From the NCBI GenBank assembly GCA_043825735.1, contig JBDRRP010000071.1:123843-143842 (forward strand): a stretch of DNA of 20,000 nucleotides, read 5' to 3'. Below are positions 8,718 through 17,057 of this stretch, piece by piece. The DNA comes from Pseudomonadota bacterium (lineage in GTDB: Bacteria; Desulfobacterota; Desulfobacteria; Desulfobacterales; JBDRRP01). Within the stretch, counting starts at the first letter, position 1; every line of letters starts with the position of its first letter. The position numbers and the translations under genes are program-made. The notes beneath the pieces are model-generated. The model saw nothing but the letters and a program-made list of their open reading frames with translations, was not told the origin of the DNA and did no database searches.

Positions 8718-9353
8718 ATGGGTGAGTTATCGAGTGTGATCTTTACCGGTGACATTCTTCCGGGAAAAGATCAGGCAACGGTCAGAAAACGGCTGTCCAC
8801 AATCATGAAGTTGGACGCAGCCACGGTGGATCAGTACTTCAACCAGGCACCGTTTGTGTTGAAACGCGGCGTGGATGCCGCGACCGCGGCAAAATATGAA
8901 AAGGTGCTGGCCACGGCCGGTGCCGGCTGCCGGATCGAAGCGGCAACCGGGGGCGGCAAAACACATCGGACGCCGACCCCGCCACCCCCGAAACCGCAGA
9001 CCCAGGTGACCACCATTTTCAACGCCGACGGAGGCCGGATGATCATCACCAATATGGAATCTGTCCCGGGAAAGACCATCGTCACACATTACGGCCTGAT
9101 TTCAGGGAGCACCATTCGCGCCAAGCATGTGGGGCGCGACATCATGGCGAGCCTGAAAAACCTCGTGGGCGGCGAATTGAAAGGGTATACCCAACTGCTT
9201 CAGGAATCGCGGGAGCAGGCCACCGAGCGCATGATCGCCCAGGCCAAAGCGCTGGGCGCCAACGCGATCGTCAATGTGCGCTTTTCCACTTCCTCGGTCG
9301 CCCAGGGGGCCGCTGAGCTTTATGTGTATGGGACGGCGGTGACCGTTGAATAG
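8718..9353 (+). CDS. YbjQ (UPF0145, heavy-metal-binding-like) family protein with an extra N-terminal domain and Pro-rich linker
   Basis: C-terminal half MIITN..G.TIRAKHVGRDIMASLKNLVGGELKGY...GANAIVNVRF...YGTAV is typical YbjQ. N-terminal ~75 aa (VLKRGVDAATAAKYEKVLATAGA) resembles an L7/L12 C-terminal-like module. Confidence 0.88.
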   Translation: MGELSSVIFTGDILPGKDQATVRKRLSTIMKLDAATVDQYFNQAPFVLKRGVDAATAAKYEKVLATAGAGCRIEAATGGGKTHRTPTPPPPKPQTQVTTIFNADGGRMIITNMESVPGKTIVTHYGLISGSTIRAKHVGRDIMASLKNLVGGELKGYTQLLQESREQATERMIAQAKALGANAIVNVRFSTSSVAQGAAELYVYGTAVTVE

Positions 9354-9396
9354 TGCCCGCCCACAAATGGCATCTTTATCAGCGGAGTAGTAGAAC

Positions 9397-9852
9397 ATGT
9401 ACGACCTGCTATTTTTACTGGGGCTGATCACGCTGGGATACATCTCCGGCACCATCGTTGAAAAACGCCACTACAAGCGGATCATCGCTCGGGAGAAGGC
9501 GTTTTTGAATCTGCCGGCCGTAACCTTAAAAACCGTGGATTATCCGGACCGGCAGGTGGCCTCGGCCCATCTGGTGACCGGCAGCGCAGTCATCTCCATC
9601 GACTATTTCAAAAAGTTTCTGGCGGGCCTTCGCAAGATATTCGGCGGCACCATCAAGTCCTATGAAAGCCTGCTCGATCGCGCGCGCCGGGAGGCGATTC
9701 TGCGGATGAAAGAGGACGCCGGTGATGCCGACATTATCGTCAACCTGCGCATAGAGACCTCCAGCATCGGCAAACAGGCTAATAAAAAAGGGGTCGGCTG
9801 CGTGGAGGCCATCGCCTACGGCACGGCCATTAAGCTGCGCCCCGTGGCCTGA
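9397..9852 (+). CDS. Membrane-anchored YbjQ family protein
   Basis: N-terminal TM helix, then LVTGSAVISIDYFK..AGLRKIFGG.IKSYESLLDRARREAILRMKE...NLRIET...AYGTA. Confidence 0.88.
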   Translation: MYDLLFLLGLITLGYISGTIVEKRHYKRIIAREKAFLNLPAVTLKTVDYPDRQVASAHLVTGSAVISIDYFKKFLAGLRKIFGGTIKSYESLLDRARREAILRMKEDAGDADIIVNLRIETSSIGKQANKKGVGCVEAIAYGTAIKLRPVA

Positions 9853-9870
9853 CAGTCCATTTCCCACAAA

Positions 9871-10725
9871 GTGATTGCCCGCACTGTGGAATACGCCCCG
9901 AAAGACATCAGCGACGCGTCGAATCCTAATGTCACGTCAACCCATCCGTTAAAGGAACTTGCCGTCCTTCTGGCTGGCGTTCTGGGCTGTATCCTCGGCG
10001 TCTATGTCATTCTCGGCATTGCCGTCGACTGGGTGGTGCCGCGGATCTCGATGCAGACCGAAGAGAAACTGGCGGCTATCTTCATTCCATCCGGCGATGG
10101 CACCCCCAATCGGTCGGAAACTGTCAGAAAACTCCAGACCCTGGCGGACGACATCCAGCTGCGGTGCGCGCACCTGCCCTACGAGATCACCGTGGACATC
10201 GCCGATTCACCCATGATCAACGCCATGGCCTTGCCGGGGGGGCGGATCATGGTGACCTCCGGACTCCTTGATAAAATTGAATCCGAAAACGAACTGGCCT
10301 TTGTCCTGGGACATGAGATGGGGCACTACGCCAACCGGGACCATTTGCGAGGATTCGGGCGCGCCCTCATTCTGATGGTGGTATCGACGGCACTTTTCGG
10401 CGCCGACAGCAGCGTGAGCAGTTTTATCGGTAGCGCGGTCAATGTCACCGAAATGAATTTTTCTCGGTCTCAGGAAAACCTGGCCGACGAATTTGGCCTT
10501 GGCACGCTCCACTGCGCCTACGGGCACGTCACCGGCGCCACCGATTTTTTCGAAAAGATCCCAACGGAAAACGACCCCGGCAAATTCGGCCATTATTTTG
10601 CGTCACATCCCGAAAATGAAAAACGGATCGCACACTTGAATGATCTTGGCAAAGAGAAAAACTATGCCGCCGGAGAGCGTATTCGGTGGGGGAAAACGGA
10701 CAAACTCACGACACCCAAAATGTAG
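9871..10725 (+). CDS. M48 family Zn metallopeptidase
   Basis: Motifs INAMALPGG, ELAFVLGHEMGH (HExxH), FSRSQE..AD and SHP...RI, plus an N-terminal TM. Start is GTG 9871 or 9886. Confidence 0.93.
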   Translation: MIARTVEYAPKDISDASNPNVTSTHPLKELAVLLAGVLGCILGVYVILGIAVDWVVPRISMQTEEKLAAIFIPSGDGTPNRSETVRKLQTLADDIQLRCAHLPYEITVDIADSPMINAMALPGGRIMVTSGLLDKIESENELAFVLGHEMGHYANRDHLRGFGRALILMVVSTALFGADSSVSSFIGSAVNVTEMNFSRSQENLADEFGLGTLHCAYGHVTGATDFFEKIPTENDPGKFGHYFASHPENEKRIAHLNDLGKEKNYAAGERIRWGKTDKLTTPKM

Positions 10726-10734
10726 GAGGATGCC

Positions 10735-11175
10735 TTGCGGAAAACACTTGCCATACTCTTTTGCGGCCTTCTGATGACCGCGGCGGTCACCGCCACAGCC
10801 ACCGGCAAATCTTCAGAGAATAAGGGACACGGTTATCGAGACCCGGTAGTGGTCGATGCCATCGGATTTTCTGCGGCCTCAAATGGCGGCAGCGTAGTCA
10901 TGCGGTGGAAAAAATACCTCCGCAGCGATCTCAAATACTACAAAGTGGTCAGATCCGACACGAACCCGGATCCGGTCTATCCCGAGGACGGGTACGTCTT
11001 TTTTTCTACGGATGCCGGCAAGACGGTCTATGAGGACAACAATGTGCCGACAGGAACGTGGTACTACCGGCTATGCGTCATCACCCATGGCGGCGATCGT
11101 TGGGTCAGCCCTGTCGTGGTTGTAACCATTAAAGGCGACGGCTCCGCAGTGCCCGGTGCTTCTGATTTTAAATAA
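10735..11175 (+). CDS. Secreted protein with a fibronectin type III-like domain
   Basis: TTG start after AGGAGG, signal peptide, and pattern V.MRW...LKYYKVVRS...YEDNNV..GTWYYRL...S. Confidence 0.75.
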   Translation: MRKTLAILFCGLLMTAAVTATATGKSSENKGHGYRDPVVVDAIGFSAASNGGSVVMRWKKYLRSDLKYYKVVRSDTNPDPVYPEDGYVFFSTDAGKTVYEDNNVPTGTWYYRLCVITHGGDRWVSPVVVVTIKGDGSAVPGASDFK

Positions 11176-11201
11176 ATTGTCAGCTGCCGGGGAGCGTTCA
11201 C

Positions 11202-11238
11202 AAAAAAACGACCGGTCTCATTATAGAGCCCGGTCGTT
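11202..11238 (-). terminator. Intrinsic terminator between convergent genes
   Basis: Minus strand reads AACGACCGG-GCTC-TATAAT-GAGA-CCGGTCG followed by T7. Confidence 0.75.
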
Positions 11239-11274
11239 GATATTATACCCGTGGCGCGTAAACCACGCTTCGGT

Positions 11275-11706
11275 TTATCCGCCCATGACGCCGCCCAGTT
11301 CCTGCCCCATGCGTTGCATGGCCTTCTGGACATCGGGGTGCGCCATAAAGCGCATCATGTTCATGGTGGCGGACTGAACCCGCCCACTGACCTCCTCGAG
11401 CCGGGCCATTTCCTTTTCCAGTTCCGCGGGCGGGGTCGCCTGGGCGCCGGAAAGTTCCGGGTATTTCTGCTGGTAGGCTTTTACCTTGGGCAGCAATTCT
11501 TTCATTTTGTCGGTGTAAGCGTTTATGGCTGCGGCCATTTCCGAACCGCTGGCGGCCTTTTCCATCCCGGTGACATAGGCTTCGGTGATCTTTGCCTGTT
11601 CTACGACGATTTCTTTGGCGTCGCTGTATTTGCTGCCGCTGCAGGCGGCGGCGACCAGCAGCAGTGTGGCACAACCCAACCAGATCATTGTACGGCGCTT
11701 CAGCAT
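11275..11706 (-). CDS. Hypothetical helical lipoprotein
   Basis: ATG 11706 after a GGAGGGAG RBS. Basic N-terminus, hydrophobic core, lipobox AAA-C, then alpha-helical-looking sequence. 143 aa. Confidence 0.8.
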   Translation of the reverse strand: MLKRRTMIWLGCATLLLVAAACSGSKYSDAKEIVVEQAKITEAYVTGMEKAASGSEMAAAINAYTDKMKELLPKVKAYQQKYPELSGAQATPPAELEKEMARLEEVSGRVQSATMNMMRFMAHPDVQKAMQRMGQELGGVMGG

Positions 11707-12024
11707 GTCTCCCTCCAATTCGGTTTCAGATGGTGAAATCCCCCACTCGCGGCCAGAGAGCGGCTTCGGTTGGGAGGTGAACGAGAGTCGTGAGTGCCCG
11801 ATGGAGAGCTGTCGTTTCCTGTGGCAACACGGCTGGGGGGCGCGGTGCCGAGGGTATTTCTTGGTGGAAACGATCTGCCCTTTTATGAAAACCGCCGCTT
11901 CTATACATGTTTTCGCTGTCCCTGGCAATATCACGGGCCGGGAAGGCTCCGGCGAGGAGGCGACAATACCTTTAACAATGAACGCCCCTGGCAGGTGCCA
12001 AGGGGGTGTTCATTGTTTTCTCGT

Positions 12025-12053
12025 TTGACTCGGATTCGGGTTTATCTCATAAT
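12025..12053 (+). promoter_or_regulatory. sigma70-type promoter for the GAF protein / gap
   Basis: TTGACT-N17-CATAAT. Confidence 0.7.
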
Positions 12054-12114
12054 CTCAAATTACCTGTGTTTTGGGTCTTTTGTTTCCTTCACCTTAATGC
12101 ATGGAGGATGAATT

Positions 12115-12678
12115 ATGCCGACTAAAAAGAAGGATTACTTCACCGCGCTTTACGATGTGGCCAAAGTCATCAACGCATCGCTGACGCCGTCCCGGGTTTT
12201 GGAAAAAATTGTTTCCTGCGTGGCCGAGACCATGCAGGTCAAGGCCTGCTCACTGAGGATTCTCGAAACGCGGAAAAAAAGACTGCTCATGGGGGCCCAT
12301 TTCGGTCTGTCCGCCGGTTACATCAGAAAAGGCCCGGTGCTGATCAAGGAAAGCGGCATCGACAAGAAGGCACTGAAGGGCGAAACGATCTACATGGAAA
12401 ACGCCCAGACCGACCCTGGCTTCCAGTATCAGGAGAAGGCAAAGGCCGAAGGGATCACCTCTGTCCTGGTGGTGCCGCTCATGGCCGATAAAAAGGCCAT
12501 CGGCGTGCTTCGGGTTTACACGAAAAAGGTGCGTACTTTCAAAGCGGATGAAATCCGCTTCATGGAAGCCGTTGCCAACCTGAGCGCCATCGCGCTGGAG
12601 AACGCGCGGCTGCACCAGGCGCTGCGAAAGGACTACGATCTGCTGGTTGAGCATAAATATCGCCTGGACGACAATTAA
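12115..12678 (+). CDS. Stand-alone GAF domain protein
   Basis: GGAGG RBS. Pattern ACSLRIL...GLS...EGITSVLVVPL...IGVLRVY...F...EIRFMEAVANLSAIALENARL. Confidence 0.9.
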   Translation: MPTKKKDYFTALYDVAKVINASLTPSRVLEKIVSCVAETMQVKACSLRILETRKKRLLMGAHFGLSAGYIRKGPVLIKESGIDKKALKGETIYMENAQTDPGFQYQEKAKAEGITSVLVVPLMADKKAIGVLRVYTKKVRTFKADEIRFMEAVANLSAIALENARLHQALRKDYDLLVEHKYRLDDN

Positions 12679-12806
12679 TGCCCATCCAGAAACGGCATTT
12701 TTTGTGCAATTCACGCCGGAGGCGGGTGAGCCCTCAGTGGACCCTCGTCTTCGGCATTCCCTTTCAGGCCCATATTTCAAGATGACTTCTAGAAAGGAGG
12801 TCACCC

Positions 12807-13817
12807 ATGATTCGCATCGGTATTAACGGCTTCGGACGCATTGGACGGCAGGTGTTGAAGGCGATCATAGAGCGGCACCCGAAAAAACTCGAGGTTGCCG
12901 CCATAAACGACCTTTTCGACGTCGAGACCAATGCCCGGCTTTTCAAGTACGACACCAACTACGGGCGCTTCCCCGGCGAGGTGGGGGTAAAAAAGGACGC
13001 CATCGTGGTCAATGGGAAAACGATCAAGAGCTTTGCCATGAGGGATCCGGCCGAACTCCCTTGGGACGAGGAGGGGATCGACATCGTGGTGGAAAGTACC
13101 GGTCTTTTCCGCACCGGGCCCAAGGCGGCCGCCCATCTGGAGGCCGGTGCAAAAAAGGTCATTATCTCGGCGCCGGCAAAGGAAGAGGACATCACCGTGG
13201 TGATGGGCGTCAATCATACGGCGTATCGGCCCGATGCGCACCACGTCATCTCCAACGCCTCGTGTACCACCAACTGTCTGGCGCCGCCCGCACTGGTCAT
13301 CCACAAGACCTTCGGCATCGAAAAGGGGCTCATGACCACCGTGCATTCCTACACGGCCGACCAGCGCCTCATGGATCTGGCCCACAAGGACCCCCGGCGG
13401 GCCAGGGCTGCTGCCATGAACATCATTCCCACCAGTACCGGTGCGGCCAAAGCCGTCGCGCTTGTTATTCCCGAACTGGCCGGCCGCTTTGACGGCTACT
13501 CGCTGCGGGTGCCGACGCCGACGGTGTCAGTGGTCGATTTCGTGGCCTTGCTGCAAAAGGACGCCGACACCGAGTCGCTGCGAACGGCCCTGCGGCGCGC
13601 CGCCGACAAGGAGCTCAAGGGGATCATGCACTGCGAAGACGACCAGTTGGTTTCCAGCGATTTCAAGGGCAACCCCAATTCATCCATCGTCGACATGGAA
13701 TTTACCCAGGTGCTGGGCGGCAACATGGCCAAGGTGGTGACCTGGTATGACAACGAGTGGGGATATTCCTGCCGGGTCGCCGATCTGGCCGCCTACATGG
13801 TGGATAAGGGGCTGTAG
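12807..13817 (+). CDS. gap: Type I glyceraldehyde-3-phosphate dehydrogenase
   Basis: Motifs [34 protein letters not shown] and [20 protein letters not shown]. Confidence 0.98.
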   Translation: MIRIGINGFGRIGRQVLKAIIERHPKKLEVAAINDLFDVETNARLFKYDTNYGRFPGEVGVKKDAIVVNGKTIKSFAMRDPAELPWDEEGIDIVVESTGLFRTGPKAAAHLEAGAKKVIISAPAKEEDITVVMGVNHTAYRPDAHHVISNASCTTNCLAPPALVIHKTFGIEKGLMTTVHSYTADQRLMDLAHKDPRRARAAAMNIIPTSTGAAKAVALVIPELAGRFDGYSLRVPTPTVSVVDFVALLQKDADTESLRTALRRAADKELKGIMHCEDDQLVSSDFKGNPNSSIVDMEFTQVLGGNMAKVVTWYDNEWGYSCRVADLAAYMVDKGL

Positions 13818-14062
13818 ATTAAAAAGTACAGGGAAGATTAGCTGAATTAAAAAAACATACTCGCGCAGAGACGCTGAGGCGCAGAGAACTTCCAATATCA
13901 CTGTGTGGCGAAGCCTTCGCGTCGCCACGCCGTGGTAATATACTTACTTGGTTTGCACTATCCTCCAGTGAATGAGCCGACGCTGTTTGAACCAAAATCT
14001 CGTCGTTGCACCGAAGCGCCAATCGCGGCATTCCATATGGGCACCGGAGGTCAGTCAATCGC

Positions 14063-14186
14063 GTAGGGTGCGGGGTTTACCTGTCCGCCATAGCCTTGGC
14101 GAAGGCTGATCCCCGCCCGTGATCGTTGAACACAAACGACTGTGGTCATCTTGGCCGATTGCGAGAGGGGATGACCCCTCCCCTAC
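14063..14186. repeat. REP doublet (REPIN-like): two inverted GTAG-headed palindromes, the first interrupted by a 30-bp hairpin
   Basis: GTAGGGTGCGGGGTTTA[30 bp]TCCCCGCCC on + (14063-14118). GTAGGGGAGGGGTCATCCCCTCTC on - (14186-14163). Confidence 0.8.
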
Positions 14187-14631
14187 GAAACAACCAGAAC
14201 CCCAACTGGAGAATAGTGCATAGCCAGGCATACTTAATATCCGAAGTATCGCAGTGGAAAAAGTGTTGTTCATTGCCGGCGGGCCGCTTCCCGAATTGAC
14301 ATGGGCCGGCGCCGGTCATGACTTTGAGCGAGTATCACCGGTGTACTGAGAGCACCTTAAAAGAAACTCGGGCGATGCGAAGCTGATGACGGTGCCTTGA
14401 GATTTTCCTGTTGCGGCTTTATGAAAGCGTTTGTCTGTTGTTCGCGGGAAGAGATTTCCAGGGTAACAGTTCACATATCAAAACCTCCAGTTGCCCACGT
14501 CCTTCCAGAAATCATCACGCAGCGATTCCGGCAAGTCTTGTCGCTATCCCGACGATTATGGTGTACAAAAGGGGAATCAATTCTGGCCCGGTCTTTAGTG
14601 GGGCTCATGGAGTGGAAAAGGAGCGCGCGCA

Positions 14632-15729
14632 ATGGCTGAAAAACCTATCGATTTCAGTACAATGTTCAAAAAGTCTGCAAAACCGGGGTTCAAGATGCCC
14701 TCGGTGAATCTGAAGCTGCCGGGCAAGTTCAAGATTCTCATCGTCGCGGTCGTGGCGGCCCTTTTTGCCGTCAGTTCCCTTTTTGTCTATGTGCAGCCCA
14801 ATGAATACGGCATCAAGGTGGTCAAACTGGGCATAAGTCGCGGGGTCCAGAAGGAAGCCTATACCGCCGGGCTCCATCTGGTCATCCCTGGCATTCAGCA
14901 GATGCACCGCCTGCCGCGCGACATCCAGGTGCTGGAGCTGACCAATTATCCTTCGACGGCCACCAAGGCCGCCCGAAAGGACCGCGTCGCTCACATTCAG
15001 ACCTCTGACGGTTTTTTTGTGGACGTGGACGTCTCCATCCTCTACCGGATCGAAGACCCCTATCTGGTGTTCACCAAGATCGGGCCGGGGCGCCTGTTCG
15101 AAGACAACGGCATCATCCCCAAGGCCGAGCCCGCACTCAAGGAGACGCTGGGCAAACTGACTACCGAAGACTTTTACAACAGCCCCCTGCGGGTCAAAAA
15201 AGCCCAGGAGGCCAGGGACAAGCTCAACGAGGAATTGATCTCGAAGGGCATCCGGGTGGAGCAGGTGCTGGTCCGCTATTTCGTGTATAGCCCGGAAATC
15301 CAGAAAAACATCGAGGAGAAAAAACTTCAGGACCAGTTGGTCTTTACCAACCAGGCCGCCGCCCGGGCCGCCACCGAGGAGGCCGAGCTGAAGAAGATCG
15401 TCCAGGAAGGCCGCGTCCTCGTGGAGGTCGAAATCGAAATGGGGCAGGCTTACGTCACGCGGAAGCTGGCTGAAAAAGACCTCTACGTGCGCACCAAGAA
15501 GGCCGATGCCGATCTGCTCGTCAAACTGGGCGAAGCCGAGAAGGTGCGCCTGAAAAACGATGCCCTCAAAGGCGTGGGCTCCGAGCGCATGGTGGGACTC
15601 AAAATGGCCGATGTCTACAAGGGGCTCGACATGATCATCCTGCCCAGCGACGGCAAATCCGGCGTCAACCCGCTGGATCTGGACAACGCCTTGAAGCTCT
15701 TTGACGTGCGCAAAGGAGGTGGCAAATGA
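14632..15729 (+). CDS. SPFH (prohibitin/band 7/HflC-like) domain protein
   Basis: N-terminal TM, VYVQPNEYG...GLHLVIPG, QTSDGFFVDVDVSILYRI, and C-terminal coiled coil. AAGGAG RBS. Confidence 0.9.
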   Translation: MAEKPIDFSTMFKKSAKPGFKMPSVNLKLPGKFKILIVAVVAALFAVSSLFVYVQPNEYGIKVVKLGISRGVQKEAYTAGLHLVIPGIQQMHRLPRDIQVLELTNYPSTATKAARKDRVAHIQTSDGFFVDVDVSILYRIEDPYLVFTKIGPGRLFEDNGIIPKAEPALKETLGKLTTEDFYNSPLRVKKAQEARDKLNEELISKGIRVEQVLVRYFVYSPEIQKNIEEKKLQDQLVFTNQAAARAATEEAELKKIVQEGRVLVEVEIEMGQAYVTRKLAEKDLYVRTKKADADLLVKLGEAEKVRLKNDALKGVGSERMVGLKMADVYKGLDMIILPSDGKSGVNPLDLDNALKLFDVRKGGGK

Positions 15730-16772
15730 AACGCTTTGCCTTGATCGCATTTATTCTGTTTTCACTCGGCAGCCTGCAGGGCTGCATCATGTACAGCACC
15801 GGTTCCACCGAAGTGGGCGTGCGCACCCGGAAACTGGCCCTGGTGGGAGAAAAAGGCGTCGAGGACAAGGTGTACCCACCCGGCGCCACCTATTTCTTCC
15901 TGCCCTTTATCAACGATTGGAACACCTTCGATACCAAACTCCAGAACCTTGAAATGGTTTTTGACGCCAAGAGCGGCGACCGGCACAGCCGCGATGATCT
16001 GCTGTTTAAAACCATCGACGGCAACGACATCAGCCTGGACGTCATCATCGCCTACCGCATCGATGCCGACAAGGCACCCCACATCCTTCAGAACGTGGCC
16101 GTGAGCGATCAGACCCTCAGGGAAAAGATCGTTCGCACCATCGCCCGCAGCAAGCCCCGCGATATCTTTGGCGAGCTGACCACCGAGGAGTTCTACGTGG
16201 CTGAAAAACGCGAGCTTCAGGCCCAGCGCGCCAAAGAGGTGCTGCAGGGAATGCTCGGGCCCATGGGCCTGATCGTGGAGCGCGTTCTGACCAAGGACTA
16301 TCGCTTCAATAAGGAGTACCAAAAGGCCATCGAAGACAAGAAGGTGGCCGATCAGCAGGTGCAGAAAAACAAGTCGGCCCAGCACGCCGCCCTGGAAGAA
16401 TACAAGCGAAAGCTGGAAGAGGCCAAGGGCGAGGTCAATAAGATGGTGGCCGATGCCGACGGCACCTACCGAAAAGCCAAGATCGAGGCTGATGTCTACT
16501 ACGAGCAGCAAAAACTGATCGCCGAAGCCATCCGGGCCGAGGGCATCGCCGAGGCAAAGGGCATCCAGGAGATGAACACCGCCCTGGCCGGCGCCGGCGG
16601 CGAGGCGTTCGTCAAGCTGCGCATCGCCGAAGCCCTTCAGGGAAAACGCATCATGTTGCTGCCGGTCTCAGAAGGGGGCATGAACCTGAAGACCACCGAC
16701 ATCAACCAACTCATCAACACCATGGGGGTCAAGGCCCTGTCGGGTGGACAGAGTGCGCCCGCAAAGCCGTAA
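15726..16772 (+). CDS. Second SPFH domain protein, probable lipoprotein
   Basis: ATGA overlap with the previous gene and an AAGGAGG RBS. Lipobox-like LQG-C, KTIDGNDISLDVIIAYRI, coiled coil AIEDKKVADQ. Confidence 0.9.
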   Translation: MKRFALIAFILFSLGSLQGCIMYSTGSTEVGVRTRKLALVGEKGVEDKVYPPGATYFFLPFINDWNTFDTKLQNLEMVFDAKSGDRHSRDDLLFKTIDGNDISLDVIIAYRIDADKAPHILQNVAVSDQTLREKIVRTIARSKPRDIFGELTTEEFYVAEKRELQAQRAKEVLQGMLGPMGLIVERVLTKDYRFNKEYQKAIEDKKVADQQVQKNKSAQHAALEEYKRKLEEAKGEVNKMVADADGTYRKAKIEADVYYEQQKLIAEAIRAEGIAEAKGIQEMNTALAGAGGEAFVKLRIAEALQGKRIMLLPVSEGGMNLKTTDINQLINTMGVKALSGGQSAPAKP

Positions 16773-16792
16773 TCGGCGCAGACACCCAATAT

Positions 16793-16842
16793 AAGCCCCT
16801 GCTTTGATGGCAGGGGCTTGGGGCAGGGGGGGGGGCTTTTTT
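16793..16842 (+). terminator. Hairpin/terminator after the SPFH pair, with a G-rich tract
   Basis: AAGCCCCTGC-TTTGATG-GCAGGGGCTT, then GGGGCA-G10-C-T6. Confidence 0.55.
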
Positions 16843-16857
16843 GCAGGGTCATCTTCA

Positions 16858-16996
16858 TTTGACAAACCCGCAAAAAAGCGATTTTCTCGCAAAGACACCA
16901 AGTGCGCCAAGAAAAACATTTTTAATATCAATTTGTTAGCTTTGCGATCACTGCGGCTTTGCGAGAGATTCGGACCTTTTGCGGGTGTATTATCAT
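16858..16996. repeat. Nested inverted-repeat (MITE-like) element
   Basis: Outer IR ACCCGCAAAA (16866-75) / TTTTGCGGGT (16977-86). Inner IR TCTCGCAAAG (16885-94) / CTTTGCGAGA (16957-66) with ~9-bp periodic subunits. AT-rich centre. Confidence 0.75.
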
Positions 16997-17057
16997 TTAA
17001 CGGGTGCGATCAGCGACAACTATAAAATATCAATGCATCCTGCATGCGGGGGGCGAT

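Noticed and set aside
11730..11756. tRNA-3'-end-like string GGTGAAATCCCCCACTCGCGGCCA
   Set aside because: No TTC loop and no cloverleaf or acceptor-stem pairing.
14296..14325. TTGACA upstream of the SPFH pair as a promoter
   Set aside because: No acceptable -10 at 16-18-nt spacing.
14605..16511. Long antisense ORFs (381 and 249 aa) opposite the SPFH genes
   Set aside because: Antisense shadows of strongly codon-biased genes, with no recognisable domains.
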